A stretch of DNA of 64,000 nucleotides from Williopsis jadinii (lineage: Eukaryota), in NCBI GenBank assembly GCA_024346625.1, contig AP024664.1:248001-312000 (forward strand). The letters run 5' to 3'. The stretch's first letter is position 1. Every line of letters begins with the position of its first letter. Made by a program: the position numbers and the translations under genes. This document shows, one piece after another, positions 52,825 through 62,941 of this stretch. Below the pieces are notes generated by a model. The model was not told where the DNA came from. It saw only the letters and a list, made by a program, of their open reading frames with translations, and searched no databases.

Positions 52825-54726
52825 ATGTCGAGAAGACGGTTTTTCGGCAAGAGAGAAGGCAAGAGAGAAGAGCATGCGTCGTCGTCATCGTCGTCGGAAG
52901 AGGAGCTCGAGCCAGTCCAGTCGTTGAGACAGTCGACGTACCGATCCTCGCTGTTTTCCTCCAACAGGACCTGTGATACGAACTCGACAGTGCCAACGTC
53001 GGCACAGTCGTCATCGGGCAACCAGCCCAAGGGGTTTCTGTCGTCGATTGATTCCATGGGCAAGCCTCTGCGAGTCATGGCGGCAGATAAGTACAACGAG
53101 CTTTCCCGCACGGGTACCATCCAGTCCAACGCCTCGTCCTCCCTGAGCAGAAGGAGGAGGAGCGAGCTGAGTGAGCAGTTCGAGCATCCAGGCGCTGCGG
53201 TAGCAGTGGACACGGAGGTGATTGAACATGATGTGGAGGTGCTGAGCGAAAGTCTTTTGGAGCTGGTTGACAGTGTTAACCAGAGCAATACCGACGTGAG
53301 CAAGGCCACGATTCGGATCGTGGAGTTGTTGGATGAGAGTGTCAATAACGTTCAGCTTCAGAGTCCGCTGGCACAAGGCCCTGTGTTGCAGAACGTGTAC
53401 AAGGTTTGTCTCCAGTTCCACGACACCTTTCTAAGGCTACACGCGTACGAGGACTCGAAGAGATTGCTCATAAGGTCATTGGCCAGCTTCCAGAGAAGAC
53501 TCGGGTTCCAGTTGCAGTGCGATTTGCACGATCCGGTCCCCTATCTACAGAACTTTGCCATACCCTATGACGATGGAGAGGTGAATTTGCCAAACCTTTC
53601 CAGAGTGGAGCTCATCATGGAGAAACTGGCGTCGACATCGTCACTGGTTTCTGACCAGCAAGGTGCGTTCATTGCTCCGGTGCTGCGTGGGCTCTCCAAG
53701 TCGACGAGCGTGCTGTCGATCATGTTTGGATTCCCAGAGCCCCAGGATAACCACTACGAGGTGATCAACGCGCTGTTCAGAACATTCCCAGACGTTCATT
53801 TCTTTGTTGTGAAGAATTCGATTCTACTTGCCGGCGGTGTCTCAACAGCAACCAGATTCCATACTCCGTTCAAAGTACCGACACGGTCCAAACCAGAGAT
53901 ATCCATATCGGTGTCTTCAGTGAATAGCGTCAAGTCTAGTGGTACGCTTGGTGGTTATATCCAACCAAAGATCACACAGTCCACTGATAAGTCCTTGTTG
54001 AAGTACAAAGGTGCGAAGTTTGCCTTGACTTGCGCACATGTTCTTCTAAGTGAAGACCAGGACTATCCAGACGTCTCTGTGCCATCAACGGTCATGCTGA
54101 ATACATATAAGAGTGCGCTGAGGGATGAAATGGATAGGTATCCTAAAGATTCCATGGAGCATGATTCCTATTCAGCGGAGCTACAAAGCGTTGATAAGTA
54201 TAGTTTCCCTCTCGGGCAGGTGGTTTGGGGCGAACGCATTGTATTGAAGAACAAGAGATTGAGCGACATAGCTATAGTGAAGCTTGACGATTCCCTACAA
54301 GTGACCGAGAACTCACTGGGTGATGAAGTTGATTCTTATAACCCATCTCTTAAGTTCCAAAACACGAAAGTTAAGAAGGTCATTGGTAAGGATGAATATT
54401 ATAGACATTCAAGGGTTTTCAAGATTGGTGCTAGTTCCAACTATACAACGGGCTATTTGAACAGCGTGAAGATGGTTTATTGGCTAGATGGGTCAATCCA
54501 AACCTCTGAGTTTGTCGTTTCAAACAGCGCTAAATCAATGTTTGCTATGGGTGGAGATTCAGGGTCTCTAATATTGAATGATTTACAAGACCAGGCTGGA
54601 TTGGGCGTGCTGGGTATGTTGCACAGCTATGACGGTGAAAGACGCGAGATCGGGCTCTTTACGCCGATGGATGAACTACTGAAGAGGTTACAGGATGTTA
54701 CTGGAGTTGAATGGGTGTTTATATAA
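52825..54726 (+). CDS. SSY5: SPS amino-acid sensor serine endoprotease Ssy5
   Basis: DQQGAFIAPVLRGL, SGTLGGY, catalytic H (TCAHV), D (SDIAI) and S (GGDSG), GMLHSYDGE. Confidence 0.93.
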   Translation: MSRRRFFGKREGKREEHASSSSSSEEELEPVQSLRQSTYRSSLFSSNRTCDTNSTVPTSAQSSSGNQPKGFLSSIDSMGKPLRVMAADKYNELSRTGTIQSNASSSLSRRRRSELSEQFEHPGAAVAVDTEVIEHDVEVLSESLLELVDSVNQSNTDVSKATIRIVELLDESVNNVQLQSPLAQGPVLQNVYKVCLQFHDTFLRLHAYEDSKRLLIRSLASFQRRLGFQLQCDLHDPVPYLQNFAIPYDDGEVNLPNLSRVELIMEKLASTSSLVSDQQGAFIAPVLRGLSKSTSVLSIMFGFPEPQDNHYEVINALFRTFPDVHFFVVKNSILLAGGVSTATRFHTPFKVPTRSKPEISISVSSVNSVKSSGTLGGYIQPKITQSTDKSLLKYKGAKFALTCAHVLLSEDQDYPDVSVPSTVMLNTYKSALRDEMDRYPKDSMEHDSYSAELQSVDKYSFPLGQVVWGERIVLKNKRLSDIAIVKLDDSLQVTENSLGDEVDSYNPSLKFQNTKVKKVIGKDEYYRHSRVFKIGASSNYTTGYLNSVKMVYWLDGSIQTSEFVVSNSAKSMFAMGGDSGSLILNDLQDQAGLGVLGMLHSYDGERREIGLFTPMDELLKRLQDVTGVEWVFI

Positions 54727-54827
54727 ACTATATGGAAGTACAAAACAAGTAAACATGAGAATTAAAGGTAGATAAAAAGAAGAGAACCCGTATATATGAA
54801 AAAAGTGCGTAATTCTAAGCAAGATGT

Positions 54828-56009
54828 CTATTCATCCTCTTCGATCAACTCTGGTAATCTCTCGATGGATTCAGTACCATAGACGATTTGGTAGATGGCC
54901 TCGAACAATGGGAACTCCTTTGTCAAATTCTTTGCAGCCAACAACTCGTGAACTTCTTTAGAGGTGATGATACCTTGGGCTGATTGACCGTTAAGCAACT
55001 CCCTTTCAACTTCAACTGCAGATTTACCAGTGATTGCCATGGCCTTGGCAACTCTGACGTTTCTACCTCCAGAACAGGTTGTGATCAAATCAGCAACACC
55101 AGCAGATTCCTTGGTAAAGGTATCCTGGTTGGTTTCACCTGGGAAGAAGACTTCTGCGAACTTGATGGTCTCGTTCAAACCAAATCTCTGAATGGCAGAA
55201 GCAGCGTTATCACCCCAGTTCAAACCATGGACGAAACCGACACCGAGAGCAACAACGTTTTTCAATGCACCAGCAAGTGAGACACCGGCAACATCTTCAA
55301 TGACACGAACATGGAAGTAAGGTCTGTGGAAAGCAGCTCTTAGTACGTAACGGTCAATATCTTTTCCGTGGCCTTGGAAGTCATTTGGCAATCTGTAGGC
55401 AACTGTGGTCTCAGACCACTTCTCCTTTGCAACTTCTGGAGCCAAGTTAGCACCTGAAAGGGCACCACAGTGGACACCCAAGTGCTCAGTGATATAGGTA
55501 GAAAGCAGCTTGCAGCCGTTTGGAGTGACTTCCAAACCCTTCAAACAAGAGATGGCTCTCACGTGTGGCTTGAGGGTTGCCTTGGACAACTGTTTGCAGA
55601 TACCTGGCAAGAATTGATGTGGAATGTTGAACACCAACAAATCGGCACCTTCAGCAGCCTTGACGATGGAAGGCTCGGCGTGCAAGTTCTTTGGAAGCTT
55701 AATACCCGGCAAGTACTTGACATTCTCATGCTGTGTGTTGATGATCTCCGTCAAGTTCACGCCGTTGATCTTCTCTTCAAAGACCCACATGTCAACTTGG
55801 TGCTGGAACAGGTGAGGTCTCAAGCCGGCATTCTCAGCCAAAACTTTGGCAATCGTGGTACCCCAGTTACCAGAGCCGATAACGGTGATCTTGTAAGGAC
55901 GCTGTGGAGCAAGCGATTGCTTTTGAGCAGTGAGGTGTGAGCCGACTTGGGCCAATCTTTGTTGAGCAGAGGACATTGTGGACAAATTCAGCTTTCCAAT
56001 CCTTAACAT
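54828..56009 (-). CDS. GPD1: NAD-dependent glycerol-3-phosphate dehydrogenase
   Basis: VIGSGNWGT, NVKYLPG, LSGANLA, GALKNVVA, DLITTCSGGRN. Second ATG at 55976 precedes PTS2 RLAQVGSHL. Confidence 0.96.
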   Translation of the reverse strand: MLRIGKLNLSTMSSAQQRLAQVGSHLTAQKQSLAPQRPYKITVIGSGNWGTTIAKVLAENAGLRPHLFQHQVDMWVFEEKINGVNLTEIINTQHENVKYLPGIKLPKNLHAEPSIVKAAEGADLLVFNIPHQFLPGICKQLSKATLKPHVRAISCLKGLEVTPNGCKLLSTYITEHLGVHCGALSGANLAPEVAKEKWSETTVAYRLPNDFQGHGKDIDRYVLRAAFHRPYFHVRVIEDVAGVSLAGALKNVVALGVGFVHGLNWGDNAASAIQRFGLNETIKFAEVFFPGETNQDTFTKESAGVADLITTCSGGRNVRVAKAMAITGKSAVEVERELLNGQSAQGIITSKEVHELLAAKNLTKEFPLFEAIYQIVYGTESIERLPELIEEDE

Positions 56010-57002
56010 ATCAAGAGAAAAGAGAAAAGAGAAAAAAGTTTGGGGTGCAAATCAACGAAACCTGAGAATTGAATGGGTTTAAATAAACCACAGAAAACCG
56101 TTGAAGAGATTTATAAAAAGAAAAAAAACAGCTGGGGGGGAGTCACCGGCACTAATTGCAATTTAAGACTCATCGGTGGGCATTTTCCGTGGGTAAACAC
56201 TGCTTTTTTGTCCGATTAAGCGGGTGAAAATGAAAAAAAAATGTTGTCTCCGTCTATCGGTTACATTCCACCCTGCCTGGGGAGCTTGGAGAAAAAACAC
56301 AGGCACACACACGCTGGTGCTGTTCTGCCCAAGCTGAACTGCACTCGGCCTAAGAAAAAAGAGCCCACCACGAATTTTAGGCAGGGAAAGTCCCTTGTCC
56401 CCCGCCCAGGTGAGAAAAAAAAAACCTGCACACACTGGAAGGGACTTTCGGTAAAAACTTTCCCCAGATTTTGGGAGAGTTTCGCAGTGTCAAAACACGG
56501 GATATCACGGGTGGAAAGCGAGACGTATGCCAGGTTTCCCGCAATTGTCCGAATAACCGACTATCGGAAAAAGGTGTACACGCGGTGACAGAGCCTTACG
56601 TACATAATCACATCCATATAAAACAAGCAATGAACAACAGGGAACAAGAGGTTAAGAATACGGGTGGAGTTAAGCGCACGCATCCCCAGAACTCGTCGCT
56701 GTCCCCTGTAATCTTTTCACCCGGGTGAGTGGCACTGTGGCTGCAGCGATAGGAGAAGAGGGTTCATCTTGGTGTTGGGATGTTTGTTCGTCTCGGATTA
56801 TGCGATGTATTACATAAGCCGATGGATCACGTGTCCTTTGCCGTGCTAATAACCCGGACACCTACGTGTTGGGGTATTTCTATCGGGCCACAAACAGAGA
56901 GAGAAAGCGTAAACAAAAGATATCACTATACACTTTCACAGCGGTAGCCGCAATTGTACCCCAACGGCACGCCTGCCAATTCCAAAGTGGAGCCATAGAA
57001 CG

Positions 57003-57689
57003 ATGTCCTTCTTCAAGAGAAAGTCAAAGAGCCCATCTCCGTCTGCACAGCCGTCAAATATCGATACATATGTGCCACCTCCTCCCATTCCAATAGAACT
57101 TGATGGCTATTCACAAACAACAAAGAACAGGCTCATGTCGACGGAGCTCGCAGAGGATATTAGGAACATCCTGCCAATGAGGTACCAGGTACGGACAAAC
57201 TGGCATCTGGTTTACTCGTTGGAGCAGCACGGTGCAAGTTTGCACACGTTGTATCGAATGATGAAGCCGCTAACAAGATACGATAAGAATGGGTATATCC
57301 TTGTGATTAGGGACTTGAAAAATTCACAGTTCGGCTGTTTTGTGAATGAATATCTACATCCAACAGATCTGAGGAGGTTCTATGGTAATGGTGAATGTTT
57401 CCTATGGAAATCAAAGAGACAGGGTGATGACGTGGCTGAAGAAATGGGAGGGGAGGCGAATCATATTCAGTTTAAGGCATTCCCTTACACAGGGCTAAAC
57501 GACTTCATCATCTATTGCACCTCTGAATTCTTAAGCCTCGGTGGTGGTGATGGTCACTATGGATTGTGGTGTGATGCCGATCTAATGACTGGCGTTAGTG
57601 ATCAGTCCCTCACATTTGGTAATGAACCGCTAAGCGAAGAAGGCACAAAGTTCAACATCATTGGACTAGAAGTTTGGAGAGTTGGTTAA
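57003..57689 (+). CDS. OXR1: TLDc-domain protein Oxr1
   Basis: W.LVYSLEQHGASL.TLY, RFYGNGECFLWK, GGGDGHYGLW, TFGNEPLS, EVWRVG. Confidence 0.93.
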   Translation: MSFFKRKSKSPSPSAQPSNIDTYVPPPPIPIELDGYSQTTKNRLMSTELAEDIRNILPMRYQVRTNWHLVYSLEQHGASLHTLYRMMKPLTRYDKNGYILVIRDLKNSQFGCFVNEYLHPTDLRRFYGNGECFLWKSKRQGDDVAEEMGGEANHIQFKAFPYTGLNDFIIYCTSEFLSLGGGDGHYGLWCDADLMTGVSDQSLTFGNEPLSEEGTKFNIIGLEVWRVG

Positions 57690-57698
57690 CCAGCAACA

Positions 57699-58223
57699 CT
57701 ATATACGTATCTCATTGTCATTGTCATTGTTATTGACATCTTCATCGTCTAACAGTAAGGTATCCCTTCGTAGCACCTTATCCCTGGCTTGGTTGTACTC
57801 AATTGGGTACTTGTTTGAGATCCTTTGGGATGCAGCTTCCACTTTATGCTTATTCAACTTCAAGTCTCTATACACGACGTGTAACGTCTTTAATCCACGT
57901 TGCATAGTGTCATGTAACTCTTGGAGTCTACCTTGCGATTCTTCGTACAGCCTTAACAGCTCCAATTCCTTTGACTTTAACTGTCCTGAAATCTTAGCCT
58001 GTTTAGCAACGGCTTTGCTGAACTCCAGACTCGACAACGCATTCTCTAAAGTGTCCGTCAGGTATGTCACGGGGTCAAACAGCTGTTCTTCCTCATCCTG
58101 AGACGCATACGAATCGGTTGAGGTTGTAGATTCCGTGTCGTTTATCCCATGCACCGTTTGGAAATCCTCAGGAATAGCGAATGACGATGAGCTTATCGAC
58201 GGCGCTCTTCTTCTCTCGCTCAT
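57699..58223 (-). CDS. KXD1: BLOC-1 subunit Kxd1 (KxDL domain)
   Basis: FDPV.YL...L..AL, QAK.SG.L.SK, YRDL (KxDL-like), KYPIEYNQARDKVL. Likely ATG at 58223. Confidence 0.82.
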   Translation of the reverse strand: MSERRRAPSISSSSFAIPEDFQTVHGINDTESTTSTDSYASQDEEEQLFDPVTYLTDTLENALSSLEFSKAVAKQAKISGQLKSKELELLRLYEESQGRLQELHDTMQRGLKTLHVVYRDLKLNKHKVEAASQRISNKYPIEYNQARDKVLRRDTLLLDDEDVNNNDNDNEIRI

Positions 58224-58504
58224 CTTTGTCTTGTAATCTTTTACACTCTCTGAAAGTGTCCTGGCTCTAAAAGGAACGCAATATGTCTCCAAGATTAAAA
58301 GCCCATCGCAATTTGGTGTAAACAACGTCGGAATTTCTCCCACTTTCGATCGCGAGCAAACCACAAAACCGGGAAAAAAGCAGCAGTTGAAAACATCAAA
58401 AAGCGGAAATTGCACTCGTAAAGCAAAGCAAAACAACAAGTAAACCTTCACGGCGGCTGATTTCAAACAACGGCGGCATTGAGCTTGAAAGAACTAGCGA
58501 ACAC

Positions 58505-61168
58505 ATGAGCCAATCAGAAGTCAAGGCCAGGCTGCGCCCGTTCGGCTTCTTCTTTGAAAAGTCCTTGACGGATCTGATCAAGGGCATAAGGGCCCACAAG
58601 GATGTTGAGTCCCAGTTGAAGTTTCTCCAGAATGCCATTAACGAATGCCGCTCAGAGGTGAAGAGCAGTGACATGGATGTGAAGACTATGGCGGTGTTGA
58701 AATTGAGCTATTTGGAGATGTACGGGTTTGACATGTCGTGGGCCAATTTCCACGTGTTGGAGGTGATGAGCTCTTCGAAGTTCCAGCAAAAGCGAGTTGG
58801 CTACTTGGCTGCTTCTCAATGTTTCAGGAATGACGAGGACGTGTTGATGCTAACCACCAACTTATTGAAGAAGGATTTGAATTCGAACAAGTCCGTGGAG
58901 ACGGGTGTTGCGATAAGTGGTATCTCCAACGTTGTCACTAGAGAATTGGCTGCAGACGTTGTTGATGATTTAATAAAGATGTTAAACCATTCCAAACCAT
59001 ACATCAGAAAGAAGGCCGTGTTGGCTATGTATAAGATCTTTCTGAAGTATCCAGAGGCTTTGAGAACCCATTTAAACAGGATCACTGATAAGCTGGACGA
59101 TGATGACGAATCTGTCGTCACCGCTACAGTGACTGTGATTTGCGAGTTGTCGAAAAAGACACCAAAGATCTTGGTCAACCTGGCCCCATTGTTTTATCAG
59201 CTCTTACAGAACTCAAACAACAACTGGATGCTGATAAGAATATTGAAGTTATTTTCTTCCTTGACTGCAGTGGAGCCTCGTTTAAAGCACAAACTGCTGA
59301 ACCCAGTACTGGAACTGATGTCAAAGACCAAGGCATCGTCCTTGGTATTTGAGTGCGTCAATTGTTTAGTGATGGGTGATATGATTGATGAAACAGACTA
59401 TGAAGTTGCCCGCCTCTGTCTCGAAGAATTGGTTGAGTTCTTCCAACAAAACGATTCAAATTTGAGATACGTGGGACTTTTGGCATTTTTGAAGATTGGA
59501 AAGATCAATCCAAAATTCATTGCAAGCTATTCAGAGTATATCTTGCAGTTTATTGAAGATGAAGATGTTACAATAAGGGAAAAATCATTGGGAATAGTAC
59601 AAGGTGTTGTTGATGATGAGAATTGTTTTACAGTGGTAAAAAAATTGATGTTACAACTAGTACCGGAAGAGTCGTCAACATCGAATGAAAATGATTCCTT
59701 CCCAAAATTGTTCGCTAAGAAAACAGTCTTATCAGAACATTATAAGCACGAAATAGTTTACAAGATATTGGAAATCTCGTCAATGGATAACTACACGAAC
59801 ATCCCGAGCTTTGAATGGTACCTAGCGGTAATTTCAGACTTGATCGATCTGTCAATAGTTAACAATCTTCAAACAGGAGACCAACTGGGAGAACAATTAA
59901 GAGATATTGCTGTTAGGGTACCAAGTGTTAGAAAAGAAGTGGTGGGAACGGCGATTAAAATTATAAACAACAAAGATGTCCTGGGGAAATTACCAGCCGC
60001 TTTGAAATACACTATATGGCTTGCAGGTGAGTACTCAGAGTACATCAAAAACGGTGACATCTTTATTCAAACGATATTGTCAAATGAAAGCAGGTTGGAG
60101 TTGGCACCTTATGATCTCCTAGAGTTATATATTCCGGCTTTGGTAAAGATCTACAGCAATTACGTCAATAAGGACCCAACTTATTGGGACCTGGATAAGT
60201 CTGACAATATTTCGTCTTTGACGAACAGATTAATCAATTTTTTCGAAAAGCTATCCAACTCAAAGCATTTCGAAGTTCAAGAACGTTCCGTGGAATTTTT
60301 GGAATTTTTCAAAGTCATCTTAGAAGCTATTGAGCAACACGATTTGAATGCTTCCGAACCTCCTCTGCTATTAACCGATGCACTGCCTTCTTTGTTCAAC
60401 GCTTGGGAATTAAATCCGATCTCCTTGGGTTCTCAACAAAAATTAGCTGATCCAGATTTCGACTTGGATACTCCAATTAACGAGGAAATCTTTGAACAAT
60501 ATCTGAAGAGTGATGATGATGATACGGATTTAGAAGAATTTGAGGAGGAACTTTACGAAGATTTGGGATATGTGGAACACGAGGAACAGAAGAATGAGCA
60601 AGAGAGAAATCCTGTTGTTGATGAATTAAAGAAAAAGGAAAGAGAAGAGAGATTGAAAGACGACCCGTACTACCTTTCGAGCGATAATCATTCACAAATT
60701 GTGTCTCCAAAATCAGGCGTTTCACCAACTCCGAGATCACTGACTCCTACGATTGAAGTTGAGGATAAGCCAGTGAGACCAAAGAAGAAGAAGGTGCTGA
60801 TATTGACTGATGAGGTCATCGGCTCTAAGGATGGCTCTGATCAAGAGAGTCTTGTGTCTTCAAGATCTGGAAGACCATCTAAACAACCAGGCATCAAACC
60901 AAAAAAGAGAAACCTGTTGGGAATTGACTCTTCAACTTTGGAGAATTTTGACTTTGATGAGAAGGCCACTGCAGCAGACCTAGAAGGTGAAATCGAATTG
61001 GCCAAACTCAGAGATCAATTAGAACAAGAAAAACAACAACAAGAACAAGAAGAAGTTATTGTTGTTAGAAAGAAAAAGAAAGAAAAGAAGCTTGACGAAA
61101 ATGGTAACCCAATCGAAAAGAAAAAGAAAAAGAAGAAGAAAATTACCAACAAGGAGACACACGAATGA
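58505..61168 (+). CDS. APL5: AP-3 complex delta subunit
   Basis: RLRPFG.FFEKSL.DLIKGIR, YLEMYGFDMSWANFH.LEVMSS.KFQQKRVGYLAA; near OXR1 as in S. cerevisiae. Confidence 0.96.
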   Translation: MSQSEVKARLRPFGFFFEKSLTDLIKGIRAHKDVESQLKFLQNAINECRSEVKSSDMDVKTMAVLKLSYLEMYGFDMSWANFHVLEVMSSSKFQQKRVGYLAASQCFRNDEDVLMLTTNLLKKDLNSNKSVETGVAISGISNVVTRELAADVVDDLIKMLNHSKPYIRKKAVLAMYKIFLKYPEALRTHLNRITDKLDDDDESVVTATVTVICELSKKTPKILVNLAPLFYQLLQNSNNNWMLIRILKLFSSLTAVEPRLKHKLLNPVLELMSKTKASSLVFECVNCLVMGDMIDETDYEVARLCLEELVEFFQQNDSNLRYVGLLAFLKIGKINPKFIASYSEYILQFIEDEDVTIREKSLGIVQGVVDDENCFTVVKKLMLQLVPEESSTSNENDSFPKLFAKKTVLSEHYKHEIVYKILEISSMDNYTNIPSFEWYLAVISDLIDLSIVNNLQTGDQLGEQLRDIAVRVPSVRKEVVGTAIKIINNKDVLGKLPAALKYTIWLAGEYSEYIKNGDIFIQTILSNESRLELAPYDLLELYIPALVKIYSNYVNKDPTYWDLDKSDNISSLTNRLINFFEKLSNSKHFEVQERSVEFLEFFKVILEAIEQHDLNASEPPLLLTDALPSLFNAWELNPISLGSQQKLADPDFDLDTPINEEIFEQYLKSDDDDTDLEEFEEELYEDLGYVEHEEQKNEQERNPVVDELKKKEREERLKDDPYYLSSDNHSQIVSPKSGVSPTPRSLTPTIEVEDKPVRPKKKKVLILTDEVIGSKDGSDQESLVSSRSGRPSKQPGIKPKKRNLLGIDSSTLENFDFDEKATAADLEGEIELAKLRDQLEQEKQQQEQEEVIVVRKKKKEKKLDENGNPIEKKKKKKKKITNKETHE

Positions 61169-61565
61169 ATCGCACATAAAATCGTTTAAATGAGCTAACA
61201 ACTACTCGAGGATCAAGAACCTTGTTCTATATGAATTTTGGGGCTTTCAGAGGAGACTCCGAAAAGTATATCCTTTCAATCGCTCAAACACGTTCAATAG
61301 GGGGGATCGACCGGGCATGTCGCATATTGGACAATAGAAATTGACGTCGGTGGTGTCCTATATTGGAAAGAGGGTTGTTGATCGTTGCATGATATACGCC
61401 ATATAGAGGACGCATGTTACGTTTGAGAACAATTAAAGAACATTTCTTGGTGTATGTATAACGCTTTTGAACAATATAGGTCATTGATTCTTCAACTAGT
61501 TTGTATTCATATGTGTACAACATACCATAATATCAACGGTGGAGATAGTTGAATCTAAAGACGTA

Positions 61566-62660
61566 TTATCTCTGTGTAATGATGATCTTCTTACCTTGCT
61601 TCTTCTTTTTGGCAAATTTCATGACAAAGTTCTCAATCTTGACGTTCTTATGGTTGAACTCTTCAATGAATGGGGCCAGTTCGGTTAAATTCCAAGAGGA
61701 TTGTAGTTTAAACAACACTTTAAGCCTGTTTTGAATATCCGACGGAAGTTCCAGTTTACTAACATATTGTATTCTTTCAGGTAATGGCATAGCGTAATTA
61801 CCACGCAGAAGTGGGATATCCAAAGAGGATTCGAAAAATGGTGGTAGCTCCGATTTCCATTTTATGAAGAAATCAGAAAGTTCAATTGGTTTCGTGCGAC
61901 AATGCCTTCTCAATGTTTCGATTCCATACCATTGTACCACTTTTGCCTTATTCAACTGATAAGGCTCGCGATCATTTGTTACGAATTTCCTTAGCACCGT
62001 TTCCACGATATCTATGGTAATATCTGGGTCTTCCCCCATGCTTTGGAAAACTTCGATGAGTGACAATTCACTAAAGTCTAGTGATGAGGCCATGATTGAC
62101 ATGATCATGACATGCAACGTTCTTGTGATGATATCATCGGTAAGAATGATTGCTTGTCCATTTAGAGAAGACCCATTCAGGGCAAACCAGTTGGACTCGA
62201 ACTCCAGATCCGAAATAGCTGAGCGTGTTTTCAACTCATCAAGAGTAACAGATTCACCGGTATTTGTAATCTTGTTCTGGCCGTCGTACAAGGGAATACC
62301 CTCTGTGATAATGTGACCTTTAGATTTCCTGACTTCAAAGACATTCGACAACGTCGCATAGCTGCAGAAGAACTTCTTACCATCTCTTTCCCCCTCCTTG
62401 GTCATCATTACAGTGTTTGAATGGTTACGTTGTCTAAGAGCGAAAGTTTCACTGCTCGTACACAGCACCACCTCTGATTTCGATGTTGGCGCCTTTAGTA
62501 CCAAGGGTTCTTTCTTTTCTTCAATGACCTTTAAAAGTTCCGGTGTTAGCTCCATGAGCCTATAAGAGTAGCTCTGTGGTACATTGGCATGTACCTCATA
62601 TTCATTATCACTGGTCATCGGTATTGGCTGTCCAGATCGTCGATAATCTCTCAAGCTCAT
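61566..62660 (-). CDS. DCC1: Ctf18-RFC subunit Dcc1
   Basis: YRLMELTPELL, VVLCT...TF.LRQRNHSNTV, F..W...LP.FF, LFKLQSSW. Start may be ATG at 62618. Divergent from BUD3 as in S. cerevisiae. Confidence 0.92.
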   Translation of the reverse strand: MSLRDYRRSGQPIPMTSDNEYEVHANVPQSYSYRLMELTPELLKVIEEKKEPLVLKAPTSKSEVVLCTSSETFALRQRNHSNTVMMTKEGERDGKKFFCSYATLSNVFEVRKSKGHIITEGIPLYDGQNKITNTGESVTLDELKTRSAISDLEFESNWFALNGSSLNGQAIILTDDIITRTLHVMIMSIMASSLDFSELSLIEVFQSMGEDPDITIDIVETVLRKFVTNDREPYQLNKAKVVQWYGIETLRRHCRTKPIELSDFFIKWKSELPPFFESSLDIPLLRGNYAMPLPERIQYVSKLELPSDIQNRLKVLFKLQSSWNLTELAPFIEEFNHKNVKIENFVMKFAKKKKQGKKIIITQR

Positions 62661-62741
62661 GCTGAGATGAGCTCAAGCTAAAATGGACATGTACGCGAAC
62701 ACGAAATCCAATAAACCGAGCGTGTCCCGATCAGATACCTG

Positions 62742-62860
62742 ACGCGCGTTAATTTTTTTCTTTGTTGTTGTGGTTACGCTGAAATGTAAACAATCGTCGT
62801 TGCCTCAGAAAAAAAAATGACAACAAGGAACAAAAGAGCCAAACTATGAAATGTAAACAA
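62742..62860. promoter_or_regulatory. DCC1/BUD3 promoter: MCB-like element and two forkhead sites
   Basis: ACGCGCGT at 62742; GAAATGTAAACAA twice, with GTAAACA at 62786 and 62853. Confidence 0.6.
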
Positions 62861-62941
62861 ACATAACAAAGAACTCTTTGGGCATACTTTCATCCATCAG
62901 CCAACAGATTTGACAAGAGTAAGGAAGGGAGGTGAACAAGG

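Noticed and set aside
58224..58466. N-terminal extension of KXD1 in the ORF track (also extensions of JEN2, JEN1 and the F-box gene)
   Set aside because: These run through promoter sequence, mostly from non-ATG starts; a downstream ATG fits each family better.
58505..58560. Alternative yeast code (CUG=Ser)
   Set aside because: CTG encodes conserved Leu in APL5 (RLRPFG, DLIKG) and eIF3d, consistent with the standard code.
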